A stretch of DNA of 64,000 bases from an uncultured virus (IMG/VR IMGVR_UViG_3300047377_000579) (lineage: Duplodnaviria; Heunggongvirae; Uroviricota; Caudoviricetes): the IMG/VR virus record IMGVR_UViG_3300047377_000579; one strand, given 5' to 3'. The translations under genes and the position numbers were made by a program. Below, one piece after another: positions 39,644 through 49,860 of this stretch. Position 1 is the first letter of the stretch. Every line of letters begins with the position of its first letter. The notes below the pieces were generated by a model. The model was not told where the DNA came from. It saw only the letters and a program-made list of their open reading frames with translations, and ran no database searches.

Positions 39644-40157
39644 AAGTGGCAAAGATTGTGAAGTGTATGATAATGGTAATACAATAATTAAAAAATACAA
39701 GTTTATCAGACACAGCATACTAGATCCTAGCTGGCTGCTGTATTATGATGATTTTAATTCTAAATATAATATACTTCCGGAAATCTACGAAATGAACATA
39801 AAAGATGGAATTCATACCTGTGTCATGGAAAAAATCGAAGGATCCTTGCTGCAAGAACTAGTTCTTCAAGCTATGTCTAAACAAAATCAAGAATATAGTG
39901 AAGTAATGCATTACATAAAAAAATGTCATGATTTAATTGGAAATTTTTTAGAATACAACATTGAACTTTCAAAGCAAGGAAAGATTATGTTTCATGAAGA
40001 TTTAAATTTAACTAACATAATAGTTACTGAATCAGGAGATTTTAAGGCAATTGATATAGATTCTGTTAGACTAAATCCCATTAGGAAGTTTAGTTCTATT
40101 TCTTTATACGGAACTCTTATTACACAATTCCATAATCATTGTATACATTTAGAGTAA
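39630..40157 (+). CDS. Protein kinase-like fold phosphotransferase
   Basis: IIKKY, VMEKIEG, HEDLNLTNII catalytic loop, AIDID. Confidence 0.75.
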   Translation: MKLIKSGKDCEVYDNGNTIIKKYKFIRHSILDPSWLLYYDDFNSKYNILPEIYEMNIKDGIHTCVMEKIEGSLLQELVLQAMSKQNQEYSEVMHYIKKCHDLIGNFLEYNIELSKQGKIMFHEDLNLTNIIVTESGDFKAIDIDSVRLNPIRKFSSISLYGTLITQFHNHCIHLE

Positions 40158-40161
40158 ATCG

Positions 40162-40758
40162 ATGAATATTCTCTTTGTTAAACATGGAAGTAAATATACT
40201 TCTAAACAAGTAAATAATCTGTACAATGAATTAAAGGAACATATTCCTTATGCCAATTATTATTGTTATACAGAAGACCCTTCTAACTTAAGCATGCCTT
40301 ACATTAATATTAAAACAAAGCCTGTACTTAAAAAATGGTGGAATAAACTAGCTTTATTTGATTTAGATTTACCGGGTAAAAATTTATTTTTTGATATCGA
40401 TACTGTAATTAATAGTAATCCTCTTCAATATTTAACGTGGAATGGATTGACTGTTGTAAATTGCGATTGGAAAAATAACATTCCCATAAATCACAACTAT
40501 GATGTAACTATTAATAGCCAAGTTATAACTTGGATAGGCAACGAACAAAAACATATATGGAATTATTTTTTAAGTAATAAAGATTACTTTATGAGAAAGT
40601 ACAAAGGTATTGACAGATTTATAGTTCACGAAGAATTTAATTATAATACGTTTAATACGAATATGATTCAGTCATATAAATACCAGCCAGATAAAATTGC
40701 ACCTATTACAACTTACGAAGAATTAGATTATGGAACATATTTTACAAAGAAGTCTTAA
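40162..40758 (+). CDS. Glycosyltransferase-like protein (GT-A fold)
   Basis: K.G.KY, WWNKLALF, LFFDIDTVI (DxD), INS...W pattern. Confidence 0.75.
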   Translation: MNILFVKHGSKYTSKQVNNLYNELKEHIPYANYYCYTEDPSNLSMPYINIKTKPVLKKWWNKLALFDLDLPGKNLFFDIDTVINSNPLQYLTWNGLTVVNCDWKNNIPINHNYDVTINSQVITWIGNEQKHIWNYFLSNKDYFMRKYKGIDRFIVHEEFNYNTFNTNMIQSYKYQPDKIAPITTYEELDYGTYFTKKS

Positions 40759-41368
40759 ATTAATTGAAGAAATATATGATAATACAATGTACGAGAAAAA
40801 CGATTTTTTTCGCATTAAAGACATTATTCATTCTTTAGATTCTAAACAGATTGATTCTAAAAAATGGCTAGTAGAACATTTTTCACCTCTTTATAGATCT
40901 ATTAAAAATGGTAATAACTTTACTGACGGCAATATTCTTATTATAGGAGGTTGGTACGGCTTACTTTCATATTTTTTAAGACAAGAATTTCCAAACAAAA
41001 CTTTTAATATTACTTCTATAGACGTAGATCCAACATGTGAAGATTTTGCTTGGAGATTATTTTATGATTATGATATAAGTTTTGAAACAGTAGATGCAAC
41101 AGATAATTTAAACTTTTCTGAGTATAGTGCTATTATTTCTACTTCGTGTGAACATATCGAAAAAGATTTTTGGATTGAGTTAGCAGCAAAGAAGAATAAA
41201 GAATGTTGGTTGTGTTTACAAACAAACGATTACTTTGACCACCCTACTCATATAAATTGCTCTAATACCGAAGAAGAGTTTGAAAGTTATATTCCTCTAT
41301 GGTATGTAGCAAAAACTTTAAAATTAGATTTGGGTGATTTTAACAGATTTATGGTAATAGGTAAATGA
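40730..41368 (+). CDS. Class I SAM-dependent methyltransferase-like protein
   Basis: ILIIGGWYG, SIDVDP, STSCEH motifs. Confidence 0.75.
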   Translation: MEHILQRSLKLIEEIYDNTMYEKNDFFRIKDIIHSLDSKQIDSKKWLVEHFSPLYRSIKNGNNFTDGNILIIGGWYGLLSYFLRQEFPNKTFNITSIDVDPTCEDFAWRLFYDYDISFETVDATDNLNFSEYSAIISTSCEHIEKDFWIELAAKKNKECWLCLQTNDYFDHPTHINCSNTEEEFESYIPLWYVAKTLKLDLGDFNRFMVIGK

Positions 41369-42249
41369 AACAAGTTATTTTTTCCATCCATATTGATTTA
41401 GAAGAAGAGAAACTAGATAAACAACTTGGTCCTTACTGGGCTTGGGAACCTGAAGATAGATCGACCAAAACAAAACGAGTAATGAATGAATATAGCGAAC
41501 GCTTAATAGAAAACAAACAAGTGTATGCTGATTTACAGGGCTGTGATTACTTTCATTACACTAACGGAAATGACTATAAACAGTTTAGAGATCTTATGTA
41601 TTCGTATTGTACTGAACAAAACGAATATCATGTAGTTAACTTCTATAAATTGTGGAAAATGGAAAGATTAGCTGAAAAATATGATGAGGTCTTATACGTA
41701 GACTTTGATGTTCTTTTTGAAACGAAAGAAAACTTTTTTGATGTACATAATTTAGACAGTGGCATACACGTGCACTTAGAAGATTATCACGAAGAAGCCT
41801 TAAAGTATATTAGTAGTTGGAGCAATCAAAAATTATATTTGCGCTCTATGATTAACAAATACTTTATTGCACATGCTTTATGCAGTTATGATTTTATGAG
41901 TCCTCGAGTTCCTATTACAAATACAGGAATTATTGGAGCAACTAGAAAACATATTCAACAATTAAATTATTTTGAAAACTTAGAAGAAATTCTAAATAAT
42001 ATTACTTTATTTAAAAATGATCCTGATAGTATGTATACAGACAACATTAAAGAAACAATGGACTATAATAATGAACCAATATATTCATATTTGCTAGCAA
42101 AGAATGAAGTTCCTGCGGTAAATATTAATGGTCCATGGCACCAAATACTAGATCACAGAACCGAAACTCGAGAAGAGTATTTAAAATTAGAAAGAAAAAT
42201 GACCCACTTTATTACGAAGAAGTTTGAGTGGCATTATAATACAGATTAA
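41365..42249 (+). CDS. Glycosyltransferase-like protein (GT-A fold)
   Basis: YK...E...YDEVLYVDFDV (DxD), NTGII, NNE motifs. Confidence 0.7.
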   Translation: MKQVIFSIHIDLEEEKLDKQLGPYWAWEPEDRSTKTKRVMNEYSERLIENKQVYADLQGCDYFHYTNGNDYKQFRDLMYSYCTEQNEYHVVNFYKLWKMERLAEKYDEVLYVDFDVLFETKENFFDVHNLDSGIHVHLEDYHEEALKYISSWSNQKLYLRSMINKYFIAHALCSYDFMSPRVPITNTGIIGATRKHIQQLNYFENLEEILNNITLFKNDPDSMYTDNIKETMDYNNEPIYSYLLAKNEVPAVNINGPWHQILDHRTETREEYLKLERKMTHFITKKFEWHYNTD

Positions 42250-42676
42250 TAATTTCCAACACATCCTTCGATTTTCTAATTTTTGTCTTTAAACTTCTAT
42301 CTTTTGATTCTTTAATCGCTTCATTTTCAAATATTAGAATCTTTAACTTAAACAATTCTTCTTGATTTAAATCATTAGATAATAATTTTTCAAAACTTAA
42401 GGAATCGCTTTTAGGTTGGCTTTCTTCTTTATCATACATTTTCTTAAACATTTTTTTAAAGGCTTCTTCTTCACCTTTATTATAATCAAATGTATTACGA
42501 AGAATTTGCTCTAAAGTAGTTTCTTTTAATAAATTTTCCCATAGAGTATTGCCATCTTCACGTAACACGTTTTCCGATCTAATGATCGTGTCGTCATCAT
42601 TATCTTTCCATAGTGCTTCGCATACTGTATGTTTAGTATCAATAAATCTAGCATTTACAAATGTATGATTAATCAT
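42212..42676 (-). CDS. Hypothetical protein
   Basis: 154 aa ORF at end of minus-strand unit; 3' end overlaps the island convergently. Confidence 0.7.
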   Translation of the reverse strand: MINHTFVNARFIDTKHTVCEALWKDNDDDTIIRSENVLREDGNTLWENLLKETTLEQILRNTFDYNKGEEEAFKKMFKKMYDKEESQPKSDSLSFEKLLSNDLNQEELFKLKILIFENEAIKESKDRSLKTKIRKSKDVLEIINLYYNATQTSS

Positions 42677-42677
42677 T

Positions 42678-43655
42678 TTATTCTTTCCGAATTTTTAAAG
42701 TGTAAGTTGTTTCGGTTTCTGAACTACCTGCAGGAAATCTTTGCGAACGATATGTGTCACCACCGTCTTGATCATTTACAACAGCAGAGCTATTTAACGT
42801 AGTATCTGTCATAGCACTTCCTCTTTGATTACCAGCATACGACGCACCATCAACTCCTGAACCTTGTACTTCATATCTAATTCTATAACCAGTTTGACTT
42901 GAGGTGGCCCAATCAATTAAGTCAGATAATATAGAATCAATAGCGGATTGCGTATATGTTTGAATGTCATCATCTGTTCTAAGGAAAAGTGGTATGTTAA
43001 ATGTAGGAGTGCCATCATAAACTCCTTGATTAGTTCTGTGTAAATAATAATTTGTAATTGTTGTAGGTTGATCAGTAGAAGCTGGTAATAATTCAGCAGC
43101 CGTCAATCCACCTGCTCCTAAGCCGTGAAAAGCAGTATTAAATCTTTGGTCGATAAAAACCGGTGTACTACTAATTAATGTATGGCTACCTAATGATGTG
43201 CCTGTGTGGATTCTATAAGTGCCATCTCTATCATTTCCATCAACTAAAATATCAATTGCGGGGCTAATAAATGTATCAAGCATATCTTGTTTTGACATAG
43301 CTTGTAAATTCCCGCTATTTAGAAATAATGGATATTTTCTATTACTAGCATCTCCAGGATCGCTTGCTCCACCATCCGCAGTCGATTGGTTGATTCTATC
43401 ATATGTTGTAGACGCGCCTCTGTCGGTCGTGCTACCTGGAGTTTGAAACGACGATACGTGATTAGTGACACCACTAGCTGTGTCTCTATGATCAACCATT
43501 CTACGCAAATTGCCAGAAGACCCGACTACGGATAAGTTTACAGAGCGAGAACCACCCCATAAATACACACATCTATTTTTTATTTTAGTTATATCGGATG
43601 AAGATACTTCACGAATGTCAGTACCATCATAATATACTGGAGTTCTCACTGCCAT
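42678..43655 (-). CDS. Hypothetical, probable virion structural protein
   Basis: 325 aa with internal P.F.....Q repeats; context. Confidence 0.65.
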   Translation of the reverse strand: MAVRTPVYYDGTDIREVSSSDITKIKNRCVYLWGGSRSVNLSVVGSSGNLRRMVDHRDTASGVTNHVSSFQTPGSTTDRGASTTYDRINQSTADGGASDPGDASNRKYPLFLNSGNLQAMSKQDMLDTFISPAIDILVDGNDRDGTYRIHTGTSLGSHTLISSTPVFIDQRFNTAFHGLGAGGLTAAELLPASTDQPTTITNYYLHRTNQGVYDGTPTFNIPLFLRTDDDIQTYTQSAIDSILSDLIDWATSSQTGYRIRYEVQGSGVDGASYAGNQRGSAMTDTTLNSSAVVNDQDGGDTYRSQRFPAGSSETETTYTLKIRKE

Positions 43656-43658
43656 GGA

Positions 43659-44297
43659 TTAACTCCCTGGGCCGCGCAAAGTCTTTACTGTAGTACCTGC
43701 AGAATTAATAATATTTAGAGTAACTGGAGAACTAAATCTAGATGAAGTAATGTTTGTAGCTGCACCAGATGTAGTACTAATACTTACATTTTGTGATCCA
43801 TCAAATGATACAGATCCGGTTATATCACCAATTAATGAAATAGTACGAGCAGTTTGTAATTGAGATGCTGTTGAAGCATTACCAGTAATAGCACCAGTAA
43901 ATGTAATATTGCCAGCTGCAGTTGTTGTACCACCACTATGAGTAATAGTAAAGTCACTATCAGAACCAATCACTAACGGAACTGCGTCGTCAAAGCGAAT
44001 CGAACCTGCAGTTACTACATCATTTATATTTGATCTTAAAAATCCAGAAAATCCAGAACTAACAGTAGTTACTTCGCCTTTTACTTCATTAACAGCAGCA
44101 ACTAAACTGGACTTATCTGTAGTAGATAAAGATGCTATAGTGCCTTGCGCGCTGTCAAGTTCATTAATGGCTCGAACTAAGTCAGAATCATGTGTTGTTG
44201 TAAGAGTGACTAGATCACCGACATGCGTTGAAATTAGGTTTGTTTTTTGAACAAACACCGCCATTTGGTCTGATAAATTTACAACTGTCTTTGCCAT
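43659..44297 (-). CDS. Short fibre protein
   Basis: L.TT..S.LV.A.NE repeats; GNASTASQLQTARTISLIGDITGSVSFDGS tail-fibre motif. Confidence 0.75.
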   Translation of the reverse strand: MAKTVVNLSDQMAVFVQKTNLISTHVGDLVTLTTTHDSDLVRAINELDSAQGTIASLSTTDKSSLVAAVNEVKGEVTTVSSGFSGFLRSNINDVVTAGSIRFDDAVPLVIGSDSDFTITHSGGTTTAAGNITFTGAITGNASTASQLQTARTISLIGDITGSVSFDGSQNVSISTTSGAATNITSSRFSSPVTLNIINSAGTTVKTLRGPGS

Positions 44298-44500
44298 TAC
44301 ATCTTCTCTATAAGTTTATGAAGCAGATTTTTTATTTCACTAACTTCATTTTTTAGATCTTCGAACTCTTTATCTTTTTTTCTACGAGCTTCTTTTCGTG
44401 CTCTTGCAATTTCTACTTCTGATTTATTTATATTCAGTATAGCACCTGAATTTGTATCTCGTACTAGATTAGTATGCCCTTCAACCTTTAATCGACTCAT
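44297..44500 (-). CDS. Conserved T4-like hypothetical protein
   Basis: KVEGH.NLVRD..SGAI.N plus coiled coil. Confidence 0.75.
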   Translation of the reverse strand: MSRLKVEGHTNLVRDTNSGAILNINKSEVEIARARKEARRKKDKEFEDLKNEVSEIKNLLHKLIEKM

Positions 44501-46068
44501 TATACGCTCATTGCAATTGCTCTTAAATCTTTTATAACTGGAACTTTAGCAGCATTTGTAGATCTAAGTACAATCTTAGTTTGGAATTGAGTAAAGGCAG
44601 GTAAGTCTCCGCCAAGCCCACCAGCAAGATATCGATATTCTCTAAACATTCTCGGAGACTCATCAGTAGGATTATTTGTTTCCTCTAATAACAAACTATA
44701 ATCTTGCTCATACAAATTTTGATCATCTGTAGCTGTTCTATAATAAACTTGAAAGTCTGTGGTTGATGGTCTATTTGCAGTTAAGATGATCTTAAGACCC
44801 ACGGCATCTTGTTGTAAAGTAACAGGTGTAGAAACGTGCTTTGCGGCTGAAGATCCACCTGAAGCAGAAGTTTCATCAACAAAATTAAATTGTGAATTAA
44901 ATCCAGATGTGGCTGCTGAAGCTGGTCTATCTACAAGATTATTAACAAGAGTTGCTGATACTCTCTGCATGTCAATCATAGGAGAAACGTTACTATCTGA
45001 TGAAGACATATTAAGGGAAAGATCTAATGATTTTTGATTAGACCCTAACTCTGATGCCTCACTTCCAGCATTAGCAACTACATATGGCACAGCTGCTAAA
45101 TTATTTGAATTTAATTGAACATTTGCAAATGATGTGCTTTTTTGAAACGCGGTCTCTGTTCCAGCAAATGATTTACCTGTTGTTGCCTTTAAACCAGCGC
45201 TAATAGATGTATTATTAGGTATGAGAGTTTGTACATGAGGATAAATAATGGTATATGGAATATTTGTAGTGGCAGTAATTGCATTATTTCCTGCATCAGC
45301 TGTTGCCGTAGCCGTAGCACCTGCAGTAAACGAATAACCAGTCCAATCAACAGCAGTAACTGTGTGAGTACCATTTAAATGTGATTCATCAATGCCGGCA
45401 AATCCACCCGAATCTACACCTGCAATAGTAATGTCTTCTCCTACATGTAAACCACAATTAACGTGTTTTACTCTTACGGTACTGCTGCCTTGAGTAAATG
45501 TCAAAGCGTTTTCAGTCAGTAAATACTTAGGTACATCTGTATTATTAAGAACTGCAGTTCCAGTTGAATGTAAGAATCTAGCTTTATGTATTTTGAATGT
45601 TAAATCTTGGTTTTGTGCAGCAGTAAAGGTAACATTATTTTGAGAATAAAACAATGATCCGGATGTGGGTTGCCGATCTACTCTTTTTTCAGTAGATCCT
45701 ACTAAGAATTCATTTGTTTGAGCAATGTAAACTTCATAATCAATCGAATCTGCAGTCAATACTATAGCATAATCTGTTAGGCCTTTTAAGTATACTGGCT
45801 CAGGAAAAGTAAACGTAGTAGCAGATGTAGCATCGGTAGAAGTGTTGACACTTGATCCGGCAGTTACTACTTGTGATCCCGGAATAATTTCTGTAGCTGA
45901 AGGATATCCATTATCCATCGGCCTTAGCTGTAAAGTAACTGGAAAATTTACATCTTTTTGCGCAAAAAACAAATCAATTTTTGTAACGTATATACCAGAT
46001 ATTTTATCCACAAAAAACGATTGTGCAATTGGATGTTTATTTAGTTTGTAACCTAATGAGGTTGCCAT
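44500..46068 (-). CDS. Virion structural protein, C-terminal part of DUF4815/VrlC-like protein
   Basis: PIAQSFFV, TFTFPEPVYL, GSLFYSQN, P.IKDLRAIA motifs; own SD. Confidence 0.8.
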   Translation of the reverse strand: MATSLGYKLNKHPIAQSFFVDKISGIYVTKIDLFFAQKDVNFPVTLQLRPMDNGYPSATEIIPGSQVVTAGSSVNTSTDATSATTFTFPEPVYLKGLTDYAIVLTADSIDYEVYIAQTNEFLVGSTEKRVDRQPTSGSLFYSQNNVTFTAAQNQDLTFKIHKARFLHSTGTAVLNNTDVPKYLLTENALTFTQGSSTVRVKHVNCGLHVGEDITIAGVDSGGFAGIDESHLNGTHTVTAVDWTGYSFTAGATATATADAGNNAITATTNIPYTIIYPHVQTLIPNNTSISAGLKATTGKSFAGTETAFQKSTSFANVQLNSNNLAAVPYVVANAGSEASELGSNQKSLDLSLNMSSSDSNVSPMIDMQRVSATLVNNLVDRPASAATSGFNSQFNFVDETSASGGSSAAKHVSTPVTLQQDAVGLKIILTANRPSTTDFQVYYRTATDDQNLYEQDYSLLLEETNNPTDESPRMFREYRYLAGGLGGDLPAFTQFQTKIVLRSTNAAKVPVIKDLRAIAMSV

Positions 46069-46094
46069 TATTAATGCTCCTTAGCGCGCGCCTT

Positions 46095-49000
46095 CTAGAA
46101 CGGGCTGTTATTTTGATCCGGATGATGACCCACGTCATCATAAGAACTGTAATTCCCTGCTCCAGCGTTTGTTTCAGCATCTGTTCTACCACCAGTACCT
46201 ACATTAATGTTGCTATTTGGAGAAACGGCAAAGTCATGGTGTGGATCGCTTACTGGCTGATGCCCCGGGGAATTCATGGCATTTATCCAGTCTTGTAATG
46301 TAGCAAAATGACGATTTCCAGCTTGATCTATGTAATTAGAATTACCGTCACCGCTACTGTAATAAGGTCTGTGAATAGTAGAGCTGGTGCCTTCGACTGT
46401 TAACATTCTTGTTGATAAATAATCTTTTTGTTTTGTATCTAAGTGACCTACTGATGAATAAAGCGCTCGAGCAATACTTAATGAATCATTATCATTAGGT
46501 ACACTTATGTCTAAAATCTTAAATTCTCTAGTGCCCGTTTTAAAGCTAAGAGTTGGTCCTCGAGGAATAAAAAACGATCCTTCAACCATTCCGTTGGCAT
46601 CAGTTTCAAGAGTACTTGCTGTTTCAGGATGCCCAGTAGCATTCCTGTGTAAGTTGCCATAATCAACTGCATTATCTGAATGATATGTAAATGATTCGGT
46701 TCTTACCCAACTTGCAACTGGTTGTCCATCAAAAAATGCAAATACCTTTGAGTTAGGTCTTAAGCCTTCACCCTTGAAGAAAATTTTACGAGATCTCATA
46801 AATGGTAGTAGTGCAACATTTACCACCCGCTCACCTACGAGTTTTTGTACAACTTCATCTGACACCACCTTATTTACTACTGTAGTTGTTACATTACCGC
46901 TATTAGTAACTTTAGAGTTTGTTGCAGATCCTACCTTTAATTCTTCAATAGGAGTACCGCCCCAATTCCATGTCCAATTATCCCAAAGTAATGCCTGATT
47001 AGTGTCTAATTTAGAGCCACCATCAATAATTTTATTTGCAATATATTCGGTGTCTCTCCATTCATCAGAGCCAGGAGAAAGTGTAATTATGCCTTCATGA
47101 ACTACCACTTGAAACGGATTAATAACAACAGATTGACTAGCTAAGCTTTGATCCATATAAACTTCATCAGTATATTTAAGATATATATTATCACCTTTTT
47201 TAATTGTATTTGTAGAAGCAGCTGAATCATACATTAATTTAATATTATCTTCATAAAACCAAGGGCGCATTATCTGTCGCAAAGGATTAATTGATGCTCT
47301 ATATTCTCTTGATCTAGTATCAGACAAAGCTTGTGTAGAGAAATTATCTACAACAACGCCAGACTTAGTTCTGTTAACTCCAGCCGAATCAAGTACTTCG
47401 AAATTATTTGTATCTAATTCTAGTAAACTAAGTGATGTAAGTTCTTCAATCTTATCAACTCGATCTTCAAGTCGTGCGATATCAGCCATTGTAAATCGTT
47501 TGTTTTCAATCTTATTAATATTAACATCTCTTGGACTAATAGTATTAGGATTTAGAGTAATATTATATAGTCCTAAAGTTCTTTCTGGCTTTTCTGGTAA
47601 TGAAGGATTAAATCCTGTGGGTCCTTTAATGTATTGAATGACTCCTTCAGTATCAATTACCAGCCGCGCAGATGAAGATTGATAATATGTACCATCAAAT
47701 CTAATTAAGTCTGAAGGCTGCGGTAATTCTACTACTCTTCCTCCAGTTGATATTCCAGAATAATTACCATCAGAGTCTTGTACAGATCTAAAATCTAGTA
47801 CAGATCTTAAATTAACAGTTCTTCCATTTGATAAAGTGTGTGAAGGAATATCACCGTATTCTACTTGACCAGTATAAGAATTAACTGCAAAGAAATCTCC
47901 GTTAACGCCGTGCTCAAAATACTTGTATTTAACATGAACTAATCCACTCGGCGCTGTCATACCACCGTTTAGTGTTAACTTACCTAAAGCATAAAAATTA
48001 TCTCTTTGTCCTCTGTCGAGTGAATACCTACCAGAATAGTTAATTGAGCTATCGGCATCATCTACAATTTCCGTAATACTATAAATGTCAGCTTTACCTA
48101 AAGGAAGATTTCCACTTGCATCAGGCGTAATAGATCTAGACATATCGGTTAATGTTTTAGCTCTAACAATGCCATTGCCTTTATTAACATAAGCCAATAT
48201 TTCTAAGTTTGTAACACTAGTAGGTAATCCACTGATTGTAGCAGACTGTGTACCAGCACCAGTTACACTAACTGAAGTAGTAATAATTGCGTCATTTGCT
48301 TTAGCAAATACCCAATCTCCGGTATTCGTAAAATCTTCACCACTGGCTGAAACTGTAATTGTTGTTTGTCCAGAGCTATTAGTAGTAGTGGTGAATCTTC
48401 GCTGGGTTACTAAAGAAATATCTGCAATAGTGCTAGGTCTATCATGAGGAAGCGGGAAAAGAACCGTACTTCCGGTTTCTTTAAGTACAGCTTTACCTAA
48501 CTCAAGCGTAGGATTAAAATAGTTTGTACTAGTGGTACCAAGACTTTTAACATCTCTAAATGCTTGACCAGTATTCATTACAATATCAAAGAGGTAATAT
48601 CTATAGTTTGCTCCGTCTTCAGCTACGCCTCTCACTCGAGCGGTACCAATAGTAGATCCTCCATAATCAGCAACTGTTCTAAGATTTACTAACTCAAGTT
48701 CATTAATGTTAGGAAGGCCTTTGACTTCGGCTGGGTCTACTAACACATAATTGCCATAATTAGCTGCTGTTACGTCGTTATTAATTGTAGTTGTTGTTGT
48801 AGCCTTTTCAACTCTAAGACTTGTAGGGGTATATTTTGCAGCTCTATATCCTTCAACAACCGCTATGCCGTCAGAAATTTTAAGATTTAAAAATCCAGTT
48901 GCAGAGTCGGTTTCGAAATTAATTGTAAATGGTTCTACTATGTAATCGCCTGAATTTTCAGATATTCTTTTTGCAATTAATTCATTAGGCACATTATAAG

Positions 49001-49850
49001 AATCAATTGTCTTGACTGCAGACTGAATACGACCATTTACGATATTTGCAACGTGTACAAAATTTTCATCAGAAGCAACTTCTGCTTTTGTGGCAATTTG
49101 AAGACGAATACGATAACGATCAGCACCAGGTGCTGACAGGTTTGGCGTAACACCTTGATTATCAAATAGTGCAGTATCGTCAGCTGTCGTCACAACTTCT
49201 TCAATAATCTTAAACCCACACTCAGCATTTGGTGCATCTGAGTATTTCGAAATTATTTTTGATTGCGTTTCAACGAATATAAAATTACCATTTGCATAGT
49301 AAATACCTTCACCAATAGAAAAACGGGAACCAGTACCGGTCGCTGGATCATCTATAGTATTTGTAGTTTGTACAACTAAGGTCGTACTACCATTATCCAT
49401 TGTTTCACCGGCATTCATACGAATAGGATCAGAAGTTGTTGATGCTGAGGCAAGTGTAGAAGTATATTGTACATACAGTGTAGCAGGGTCTGAACCCGCA
49501 GCCGCTACTACTTCTAAAACCTTTGCAACAACACCTGACGATTGGCCAGTAAATGATGTACCTACGAGACTAGATGGTGTTCCAGGAAGACTATAGACAC
49601 TAGTGTTCAGCTTAATAAACTCATACTTAGAGTTTAAGTTTGCACCACCTGGTTTTACGACAGCACCTTCCAAAAAGATATTATCACCAAATCTTTTAAT
49701 TTGATTTTGGATAATAGTCTGTAGCTGCGTTAATTCTCTTGCTTGAAGAGCAACACCACTATTAAAGAGGATCTTATGATAATTATCACTATCTAAGTAA
49801 TCATCCTTATAGGTATTAGGAAAGGTTGAACTGGTGATCGTAGTTGCCAT
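46095..49850 (-). CDS. Virion structural protein, DUF4815/VrlC-like N-terminal part
   Basis: Y.DD...ILF..G.ALQARELTQLQ, APGADRY, KRFTMADI.RLE.R motifs. Confidence 0.85.
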   Translation of the reverse strand: MATTITSSTFPNTYKDDYLDSDNYHKILFNSGVALQARELTQLQTIIQNQIKRFGDNIFLEGAVVKPGGANLNSKYEFIKLNTSVYSLPGTPSSLVGTSFTGQSSGVVAKVLEVVAAAGSDPATLYVQYTSTLASASTTSDPIRMNAGETMDNGSTTLVVQTTNTIDDPATGTGSRFSIGEGIYYANGNFIFVETQSKIISKYSDAPNAECGFKIIEEVVTTADDTALFDNQGVTPNLSAPGADRYRIRLQIATKAEVASDENFVHVANIVNGRIQSAVKTIDSYNVPNELIAKRISENSGDYIVEPFTINFETDSATGFLNLKISDGIAVVEGYRAAKYTPTSLRVEKATTTTTINNDVTAANYGNYVLVDPAEVKGLPNINELELVNLRTVADYGGSTIGTARVRGVAEDGANYRYYLFDIVMNTGQAFRDVKSLGTTSTNYFNPTLELGKAVLKETGSTVLFPLPHDRPSTIADISLVTQRRFTTTTNSSGQTTITVSASGEDFTNTGDWVFAKANDAIITTSVSVTGAGTQSATISGLPTSVTNLEILAYVNKGNGIVRAKTLTDMSRSITPDASGNLPLGKADIYSITEIVDDADSSINYSGRYSLDRGQRDNFYALGKLTLNGGMTAPSGLVHVKYKYFEHGVNGDFFAVNSYTGQVEYGDIPSHTLSNGRTVNLRSVLDFRSVQDSDGNYSGISTGGRVVELPQPSDLIRFDGTYYQSSSARLVIDTEGVIQYIKGPTGFNPSLPEKPERTLGLYNITLNPNTISPRDVNINKIENKRFTMADIARLEDRVDKIEELTSLSLLELDTNNFEVLDSAGVNRTKSGVVVDNFSTQALSDTRSREYRASINPLRQIMRPWFYEDNIKLMYDSAASTNTIKKGDNIYLKYTDEVYMDQSLASQSVVINPFQVVVHEGIITLSPGSDEWRDTEYIANKIIDGGSKLDTNQALLWDNWTWNWGGTPIEELKVGSATNSKVTNSGNVTTTVVNKVVSDEVVQKLVGERVVNVALLPFMRSRKIFFKGEGLRPNSKVFAFFDGQPVASWVRTESFTYHSDNAVDYGNLHRNATGHPETASTLETDANGMVEGSFFIPRGPTLSFKTGTREFKILDISVPNDNDSLSIARALYSSVGHLDTKQKDYLSTRMLTVEGTSSTIHRPYYSSGDGNSNYIDQAGNRHFATLQDWINAMNSPGHQPVSDPHHDFAVSPNSNINVGTGGRTDAETNAGAGNYSSYDDVGHHPDQNNSPF

Positions 49851-49860
49851 TTGAATTATC

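Noticed and set aside
38480..42249. Island as a DNA hypermodification or restriction-modification locus
   Set aside because: No DNA methyltransferase catalytic motif (DPPY/NPPY/PC) or nucleotide-modifying enzyme recognised, and the context is structural; disfavoured but not excluded.
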